From a virus, in IMG/VR virus record IMGVR_UViG_3300009135_000001, positions 11,255 to 75,254 of that record: DNA of 64,000 nt. One strand, 5' to 3'. The position numbers and the translations under genes were made by a program. The first letter of the stretch is position 1; each line of letters opens with the position of its first letter. Below the pieces are notes generated by a model. The model made no database searches and was not told where the DNA came from. It saw only the letters and a program-made list of their open reading frames with translations. Shown in pieces: positions 57,396 through 64,000 of this stretch.

Positions 57396-58082
57396 ATGCT
57401 TGGCAGCGTAGTTATCGATAGGGCCCAAAGGATACTCAATGACACCACCGCCGTTAGGTGGCTAGCTGCCGACCTCCTTGATTGGCTAAACGAAGGGCAA
57501 CTCGCCGCCGTGCGTATTGCCCCCGAAGCCCATACAGTCACCGCAAACATGATACTCGCTGTAGGTGTAAGGCAGAACCTTACAGCTATGGCTGTTATCG
57601 CAACCACTGAGGTACCCCTACGGCTCATCGAAGTCACCCGTAATGTGACCGACGCCACTGGGCTCCCAGCACTTCGTGCGATCCGCTTGGTAAATCGTAG
57701 GGCGCTAGATCAGGCTAACCCTGACTGGCCCACCGATACCACCAACGCACAGGTCGAGAACTACATGTTCGACTCGCGCAACCCCAAAGAATTTATGGTC
57801 TACCCTCCGCAACCAGCGGCAGGGTTTGGCTTCGTCGAAGTCGTGTATTCAGCAGAACCTGCGGCCCTCGCCCTCGATTCTGACCCAATCGTCCTCGACG
57901 ACTCGTACGCACCCGCACTGGTAGATTATATTGTGTACCGCGCACTTAGTACTGACGCTGAGTACGGCACAAATCCTGCCCAAGTCGCGCAGCACTTCAA
58001 CCAGTTCATGGGTGCCCTTACACAAAAGAGTGGGATTGACGCTGCTGTCGAACCTGCTCCCGCTACCACACCGAGTGAATAA
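57396..58082 (+). CDS. Head-tail adaptor (tail tubular A-like)
   Basis: DTTAVRW..LLDWLNEGQ, ALVDYIVYRALS..AEY pattern. Confidence 0.75.
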   Translation: MLGSVVIDRAQRILNDTTAVRWLAADLLDWLNEGQLAAVRIAPEAHTVTANMILAVGVRQNLTAMAVIATTEVPLRLIEVTRNVTDATGLPALRAIRLVNRRALDQANPDWPTDTTNAQVENYMFDSRNPKEFMVYPPQPAAGFGFVEVVYSAEPAALALDSDPIVLDDSYAPALVDYIVYRALSTDAEYGTNPAQVAQHFNQFMGALTQKSGIDAAVEPAPATTPSE

Positions 58083-58795
58083 TGCCTAATACCCTTGGAT
58101 ATTACTACCCACGGCTGAGGCTCAGCGCTGCGCAAGCGCCCGAGATGTTGCTCGGCGACTCAGTACTTCGTGCGATGGCCACAATAGCTCGCGAGACAGG
58201 TGCTTTGCGACAAGACATAACGCCCATAGCATTCGTCGATGGGACAGCGACATACGCAGTTGCGATCGATGGCTTCAAAGTCATCGACTACACAAACGTA
58301 TGGTTCATTGAGGATAGCACCAATACCTCAAAGACAGACGACGACGCCTTCCCGCTGGAACGCACTTCGCACAACGATATGCACGTCAAACTGCAAGATG
58401 ACGATATCAGCCAGCGCCCTGAAGTATGGTCGCACAGCGTAGGGGCAGCGGGCTCAATCTCAGTGTACCCGTTCAACATCAACCCTGCCTTGGCCAATGC
58501 ACAGCTTCAAGCCACCGCAGAGGTGGTTCCTATCCGCTTGGCAGCACAGAATTACAACATGGACGCTGACACAGCGCACTGGGGCTCGAACTCGTTCTAC
58601 GAAATCAACGAAGAGTTGATCTTCACCCTTGCACTGGCGTATCTGATGGAGTACCCGAATAAAGGGTGGTCGAACCGTACGTACGCCATGGAGCTCAAAC
58701 GCCAAGCCAGTTTCGCCATAGGAGAGCAGAAGTCGCTTGCAAATGACGACATGCGTTCCGGATATCCAAGGGCCGTGAAATATGGCGGCTATTAG
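58082..58795 (+). CDS. Second adaptor/tail protein
   Basis: Coupled; located between adaptor and nozzle. Confidence 0.6.
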   Translation: MPNTLGYYYPRLRLSAAQAPEMLLGDSVLRAMATIARETGALRQDITPIAFVDGTATYAVAIDGFKVIDYTNVWFIEDSTNTSKTDDDAFPLERTSHNDMHVKLQDDDISQRPEVWSHSVGAAGSISVYPFNINPALANAQLQATAEVVPIRLAAQNYNMDADTAHWGSNSFYEINEELIFTLALAYLMEYPNKGWSNRTYAMELKRQASFAIGEQKSLANDDMRSGYPRAVKYGGY

Positions 58796-60452
58796 GCTCA
58801 ACTCGTTTCGGGGCAAACGACCTTACGTAATCTCTGAACATCTGCTTGGATTGAGCGATGCTTCGGACTGCACCGACGTTACATTTGAATCAGGACTACT
58901 GAAAGGTATCGACGACGATATCGTCACGGTAGCAGCTGATGCTGGCATCGCCAACAGTGAGACCCTGTATCAGTACTACAACGGCACCTGGTATTCGTTC
59001 GACGACGACACTGACATTGTCACAGCGACGAAGTCAGCCAGCGACGAAACCATCATGTACACCGACGGTATCAACGAACCTCGCTTTACGAATGGCGCAT
59101 TGATCGGTGGCGGTACTGGAATCAGCGCGTACCGCACCTTGGGCATAACCGCACCGACCGTAGCACCCACAATCGCCGCGAACGGCACAGCGGATGCTGA
59201 CCCTGTATACGACACACGTTCGTACGTATACACGTGGTTGGACAGTGTGTCAGGCCATGAGTCTGCCCCCAGCCCTACATCGAACATCCTGACTATAGAC
59301 GTCGTAGGCCAGACTGTGGATGTCACAGTTTCGACTACCGCGCCCGTGGACGGCACATACAACATTGATAAGAAGCGCATCTACCGTACAGTAACAGGTA
59401 CAGCTACCACCGCGTTTCAGTTCGTGGCCGAGATAACCCTCGCTGCGTCTAACCCATACAACGATTCGTTTGCTTCGCTTGAACTCGGCGAAGAGATCAC
59501 TACTCAGGACTACGAGCGCCCACCGCTCCTTATGAAAGGTATTACTGCTCATCCAGCAGGTTTCTTCGTAGGATTCGAGGAAAACACCATGTGCTTCTCA
59601 GAGCCCGGGTTTTTCTACGCGTGGCCACTGAAATACAGATTTGAGTTGGAGTTTCCTATTGTTGGCATCGCAACCATTGGTGGCTACATAGCTGTCATGA
59701 CAGAAGGTGTACCGTACCTGATCTCAGGCACATCGCCGTATAACATGGTGCCTCGGAAGATGGACGCGTACTACCCGTGTGTATCGAAGCGTTCTATCGT
59801 TGAGATGGGCGGTTACTGCGTATACGCAGCGGAAGATGCGCTCGTGCAGATATCTCCACAAGGCGCAGTACCAATCTCCAAAGGACTAATGTCTCGCGAG
59901 CAATGGCAGGACGCAACACCGTCGGGCATCTTCGGTACTCGCTGGCGCAACCTGTATTTGGCCGTGTACCCAACGTATATGGATATTTGGGCACCGACGA
60001 ATCCAGAAGTGGGGCTTACCACTATAACCGTTGTGTACAAATCAACATTCACAAAAGCATCCTCTGGTGATACGTTTTTCGTCAACTCGTCCAATGAAAT
60101 CATAAATTTCGCCGAGAACACAACTTCTTCGACTACGTGGGAGTGGGTGAGCAAGCCCATCATGTTCGGCAAACCTATCAACTTCGCGTGCATGCGCACT
60201 ATAGGAGCCTTTGGTGGCACAGTGACTATCGCTCAAGATGAGACTGCGCAGTCCACTACTGGCGATTCGTACTCGTATACCACGCCAAATAACGCGCTCG
60301 TTAACAACACACCGATTCGACTACCGTCTGGAATTAAGTACAAAGGCGTTCGAATAACAATCAATGGCGGAGCAGGCGACGAAGTACAGGAACTACACTT
60401 CGCCACGTCCATAGGAGAATTGCCAGGGACAGCAGGCGACGGGGAGAAATAA
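58782..60452 (+). CDS. Tail nozzle/stabilisation protein (tail tubular B-like)
   Basis: 556 aa, beta-rich; YVYTW..GHESAPSP, KRIYRT, CFSEP..YAWP motifs. Confidence 0.75.
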   Translation: MAAIRLNSFRGKRPYVISEHLLGLSDASDCTDVTFESGLLKGIDDDIVTVAADAGIANSETLYQYYNGTWYSFDDDTDIVTATKSASDETIMYTDGINEPRFTNGALIGGGTGISAYRTLGITAPTVAPTIAANGTADADPVYDTRSYVYTWLDSVSGHESAPSPTSNILTIDVVGQTVDVTVSTTAPVDGTYNIDKKRIYRTVTGTATTAFQFVAEITLAASNPYNDSFASLELGEEITTQDYERPPLLMKGITAHPAGFFVGFEENTMCFSEPGFFYAWPLKYRFELEFPIVGIATIGGYIAVMTEGVPYLISGTSPYNMVPRKMDAYYPCVSKRSIVEMGGYCVYAAEDALVQISPQGAVPISKGLMSREQWQDATPSGIFGTRWRNLYLAVYPTYMDIWAPTNPEVGLTTITVVYKSTFTKASSGDTFFVNSSNEIINFAENTTSSTTWEWVSKPIMFGKPINFACMRTIGAFGGTVTIAQDETAQSTTGDSYSYTTPNNALVNNTPIRLPSGIKYKGVRITINGGAGDEVQELHFATSIGELPGTAGDGEK

Positions 60453-60455
60453 ACA

Positions 60456-63095
60456 ATGGTCCAGGCAATCACGACCATCAGCGGAATCCCTGCGATTCCC
60501 GCAATCCAGATCCAGGACAAGAACCTTCAGGGCATGCTCGACGCTCTCAAAGAGTCCGTCGAAGTTCTGACTGGTGCTCGCGGCGATCCTAACTCACGCG
60601 CACTGACCTATGGAGAAGCGACCGAAAACGGTCTGACTGACTTGTTCGTGACGAACAGAGTGGTGGAGACGGCCCAAGGGTCGCAACAATCCGTCACGCT
60701 CACAGGCGATATCACAGGCATAGGAATCTTTAGTGAGACCGGTACCGTCACAGTTCCTACCATTATCGCCCTCCCGAATGTGGTTTGCATCGACGGCGGC
60801 ACTGCGTCAGAAACATACCCAGGCGCAGTAACTGGCCCGTATGGCGTAGCTGTTGCGGCTGAAACACCCGTCGCCCCCACAGGGGAGTACTGCCCCGGCC
60901 ACACGTATACATACCTCTCGCCGACGACATGGAGAGTAACAGGCGTCGATGCGACGAAACTATTCCGCGTTGGCAGGCGGTTACACTTTATTGAAGGCGA
61001 CAACGACTACTACGGGACTATCACCGTATCCGTGTATTCAGCCTCCAACACCAACCTCACCATGTCTATGGACACCGGTAGTCTCACCGCTAGCGTCACA
61101 GAAGTTTGTATGACTACCGGAGCCACGGGTATCTGGGACGCTATTGTCGCCGACCCGTTCTCAGGCGGTCGGATCAACAGTATTGCCACCGGTCAGATCG
61201 GGGCTACCCAATGGTGGGTAATAGTCGGAAACACAGGGAAGCTCGCTACGTCTACTGATGCAGGTCTCACTTGGACTCTCCGTACACTGACAACCACTGA
61301 ACACCTGAACACAATCGCGTATGATCACACCAACGAAGAGTTTTGGGTTGGCGGCGACGCAGGCGTAATCGTCGATAGCGCCGACGGCACTACGTGGAGC
61401 GAGGACACTACATCGATCCCAGGATTAGGCGGCACCGGCAACCACAATGTCGTCGGTATAATTTGGAACTCCACCAACGCCGCTGTAGAAATATACTACA
61501 AAGATACCGTCTCCAACTACAGGTCTGCGGCGACTACTGATGGCGGCACAACTTGGACAGATTATGCTACGCTCGGGCAATTCAGTTTCAACGATTGCTT
61601 GGAACCCGCCCGCGCATCCGCAGGCAATACAACAGGAGCTGGTAAATACACCACCACCTTAAACAATACTAGTGTATACGTCGCCTCCAGCCACACCGAT
61701 ACAAGCTGGTCCATTTCTTACGGCGCAGGCACAGGCAATATAGTCAGTGCCATGGCAATATTCCACGATGGCACAGGCCAATCTGTTGTTTTAGGTGCCT
61801 TCAACGGTAATATAACAGGGTCGGCGATTTGGACTGGCGACCAAACTGATGGTCTTTTCACTGACCCAATCAACCACTTCGCGTGGTCCGACACCCACCA
61901 GCGTTTGGTATGCGTGGGCGACAACGGGACAATAGGTTACCAAGATCTAGGCGATAAGGAAAACAGCAACGCATGGACGTCCGTAACTGGCGGCTTCTCG
62001 CCCATCGCCGAGATAACTAGCGTAGAGTGGAATACTGCCGACGGTATTTTCGTAGCAGTAGCCGCCGACGGGGCTATATGCCGCAGTTCTACTGGTATCG
62101 GCCCCACCGTCGATGCCGTCACCCACGACGGGTTCACACTGATTGCATCGGACCCATTCAGCGGCGGGCAAATTAACAGGATCATATCAGGCGTTATCGC
62201 CGGTACAGTCTGGTGGGTTGCCATCGGCGACAACGGTAAGCTCTACACCTCCACTGACAAAGGTGTTACCTGGACTGTACGGACTACCAGTACAACCGCC
62301 AACCTGCTTTCGATTGGTTACAACTCCACCGACGAACAGTTCGTCGTAGGCGCAGTAGGCGGTGAGTTCTTGGATAGTACCAACGGCACTACGTGGACAC
62401 GGGACAACACAACTATCGCAGCGCTTGGCCACTCCGGTGTGGACGACGTGTGGGGTATCGTGTGGTCCCCGACCGATGCTCTGTGGCACTGGATAATTCA
62501 CTCCAATCCTGGGACAGCTATGCGGACGTACACCACCACCAACGCGGTGACTACTTTCACGTCCCGCGACATCGGCATCGTTTTCCATGCTGGCGGAAGT
62601 AGCAAACTCCAAGCCACAGGCAACGTAATTGCTTGGACCTCCACCGAAGACACGCAGTACCACATCGGTGCGACGGACACTACAGACTCAGTCTATGCTT
62701 CCTTCGCCGACGCCTCAGATATGATGGGCCACGGGTTCGCCGCTGGCACCGGCTCATTCACACACGACTACATCGTCGGTAAGGCTGACGGCAACACATA
62801 CCGCATGGGTTCTACAACCGGCGGGGCAACCACCCGCCACAGCGCGAAGCCTCACTCAGATACTTGGCGCGGTTTTGATAGCAGCACCATAGGAACCAAA
62901 AGATGGATAGGCGTAGGCGACAACGGCCAAATGTGGACAGTTGAAACAGCTTTTTTCGAAAGCGGTAAGTGGGAAGAAATCATCGACCCTTTCACTGCGC
63001 ACATACGTGATGTACACTATAACGCTACGGATGCCTACTGGATTGCAGTCGGCAGTAACGGGCAAATCGCCAGAAGCCCAGACGGGATAAGCTAG
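60456..63095 (+). CDS. Tail fibre/receptor-binding protein with two tandem BNR-type beta-propellers
   Basis: N-terminal anchor ALKESVEVLTGARG; Asp-box repeats STDAGLTW, SADGTTW, STDKGVTW; internal duplication DPFSGG..WW. Confidence 0.8.
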   Translation: MVQAITTISGIPAIPAIQIQDKNLQGMLDALKESVEVLTGARGDPNSRALTYGEATENGLTDLFVTNRVVETAQGSQQSVTLTGDITGIGIFSETGTVTVPTIIALPNVVCIDGGTASETYPGAVTGPYGVAVAAETPVAPTGEYCPGHTYTYLSPTTWRVTGVDATKLFRVGRRLHFIEGDNDYYGTITVSVYSASNTNLTMSMDTGSLTASVTEVCMTTGATGIWDAIVADPFSGGRINSIATGQIGATQWWVIVGNTGKLATSTDAGLTWTLRTLTTTEHLNTIAYDHTNEEFWVGGDAGVIVDSADGTTWSEDTTSIPGLGGTGNHNVVGIIWNSTNAAVEIYYKDTVSNYRSAATTDGGTTWTDYATLGQFSFNDCLEPARASAGNTTGAGKYTTTLNNTSVYVASSHTDTSWSISYGAGTGNIVSAMAIFHDGTGQSVVLGAFNGNITGSAIWTGDQTDGLFTDPINHFAWSDTHQRLVCVGDNGTIGYQDLGDKENSNAWTSVTGGFSPIAEITSVEWNTADGIFVAVAADGAICRSSTGIGPTVDAVTHDGFTLIASDPFSGGQINRIISGVIAGTVWWVAIGDNGKLYTSTDKGVTWTVRTTSTTANLLSIGYNSTDEQFVVGAVGGEFLDSTNGTTWTRDNTTIAALGHSGVDDVWGIVWSPTDALWHWIIHSNPGTAMRTYTTTNAVTTFTSRDIGIVFHAGGSSKLQATGNVIAWTSTEDTQYHIGATDTTDSVYASFADASDMMGHGFAAGTGSFTHDYIVGKADGNTYRMGSTTGGATTRHSAKPHSDTWRGFDSSTIGTKRWIGVGDNGQMWTVETAFFESGKWEEIIDPFTAHIRDVHYNATDAYWIAVGSNGQIARSPDGIS

Positions 63096-63361
63096 TGGCA
63101 CAGCACATAGTACAACTACAGATGCGTCGAGATACGGCGGCTAACTGGACCACTGCCGACACTGTATTACTCGCCAGTGAGATAGGGTTCGAGACTGACA
63201 CCGGTTGGCATAAGATCGGTGACGGTTCTACCGCGTGGACGTCGCTTCCCTATTACCACGGAGCGCCGTGGCTACAGGGCGTGGATGCAGGCACCCCCAC
63301 ATCAACTTACCCCGGTGAGCCGACCGACCCATACTTCGGCGTCATGAGCACCGCTCCGTAA
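63095..63361 (+). CDS. Stand-alone Mtd_N-type domain protein
   Basis: QMRRDTAANWT..EIGFETDTG..KIGDG..W..LPY. Confidence 0.8.
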   Translation: MAQHIVQLQMRRDTAANWTTADTVLLASEIGFETDTGWHKIGDGSTAWTSLPYYHGAPWLQGVDAGTPTSTYPGEPTDPYFGVMSTAP

Positions 63362-64000
63362 TGGCTGGCCCCATTATCCAACTAGCGATGCGTCGCGATG
63401 TTGCGGCGGATTGGACATCAAACGACCCAATACTAGCCTCAGGCGAGATCGGGTATGAAACCGATACTGGCTGGCACAAGATGGGTGATGGGTCATCCAC
63501 ATGGACAGAATTGGGTTATTACCACGGCCCGCCTTGGTTGGAAGGCTGGGACGGCGGCACACCCAGTTCAACGTTTCCAGGTACGCCTATACCGGCTGAT
63601 AAATTCGGCGTTATGAGTTCCGTTGATTTAGGTATACTTCCGCCGATCTCGCTGGACCTTAGCGAAGGCTGGAACAAGATGGAAGCTATCGGCCGCGCCG
63701 ATCCCGCCGATGGCGGAACAATCTCAATTGTCGGCAGTAAGACTGGCGCTACATTCGACTTGGGCATTCTGAATGTCTCGACCAACACAATGACGACAAT
63801 AACAGACGCCTTCGCCGGTACTGGGATGACGGTCTGCTCGGGTATTGACTACGATGCGTCTAGTGGAATATACGTGGTTCTCCGAAGAAATTCTGTCGGT
63901 AATACATACCACACTTACTGGGCGGATACTGGTGATCTGGACGGACCACCAACCCCGGCACGGCCTCTCACGGTGCGTATGGCCTGTGGTTTGACTCTAA
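63361..64000 (+). CDS. Mtd_N-type tail fibre, 3'-truncated by the window end (not in the ORF track)
   Basis: TAATG coupling; MAGPIIQLAMRRDVAADWTSNDPILASGEIGYETDTGWHKMGDG; frame open to 64000. Confidence 0.8.
   Translation, partial: MAGPIIQLAMRRDVAADWTSNDPILASGEIGYETDTGWHKMGDGSSTWTELGYYHGPPWLEGWDGGTPSSTFPGTPIPADKFGVMSSVDLGILPPISLDLSEGWNKMEAIGRADPADGGTISIVGSKTGATFDLGILNVSTNTMTTITDAFAGTGMTVCSGIDYDASSGIYVVLRRNSVGNTYHTYWADTGDLDGPPTPARPLTVRMACGLTL

Noticed and set aside
1-64000. Genome-wide TAG recoding (code 15) suggested by the CUA tRNA
   Set aside because: Core genes are full length in code 11, and several TAGs are followed by terminators, a second stop or the next gene's SD
63095-64000. Diversity-generating retroelement suggested by the Mtd_N domains
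   Set aside because: No reverse transcriptase in the window; the two similar genes differ at synonymous positions of all base types, not adenine-specifically as a TR/VR pair would

Overview
The window is most of the genome of a tailed dsDNA bacteriophage of podovirus type (short tail, ejection proteins). It has no RNA polymerase or integrase, and it appears circularly permuted because tail genes run off the right end and ejection-protein genes occupy the left end. Two divergent arms meet at about 47.2-47.7 kb. The plus-strand late arm (47.7-64 kb, continuing at 0.5-18.9 kb) encodes small and large terminase, portal, scaffold, major capsid, head-tail/nozzle proteins, a beta-propeller tail fibre, two Mtd_N-type genes, a GNAT, ejection proteins, an M15 endolysin and a holin. 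The minus-strand early/middle arm (47.2-19 kb) encodes family A DNA polymerase, a metallophosphoesterase, tRNAs, a DEDD exonuclease, a MoxR-like AAA+/VWA module, a primase-SF3 helicase, a PD-(D/E)XK nuclease, a C5 methylase-like protein, an SNF2 helicase and an SspA-like protein. The most unusual observations are: (1) a set of tRNA-like RNAs with intact acceptor/T arms but remodelled D and anticodon arms, including one with a CUA (amber) anticodon; (2) a 6.7-kb cassette between two ejection-protein genes that share an LK(A/S)CLA peptide at their facing ends, carrying a stand-alone ubiquitin-like protein without di-Gly; (3) an SNase domain and two HExxH motifs in the ejection proteins; (4) a phage SspA homologue that keeps the PHP motif; (5) GTAC arrays with 7-bp periodicity in four non-coding regions. 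All functional calls come from motif recognition by eye; no database searches were run.
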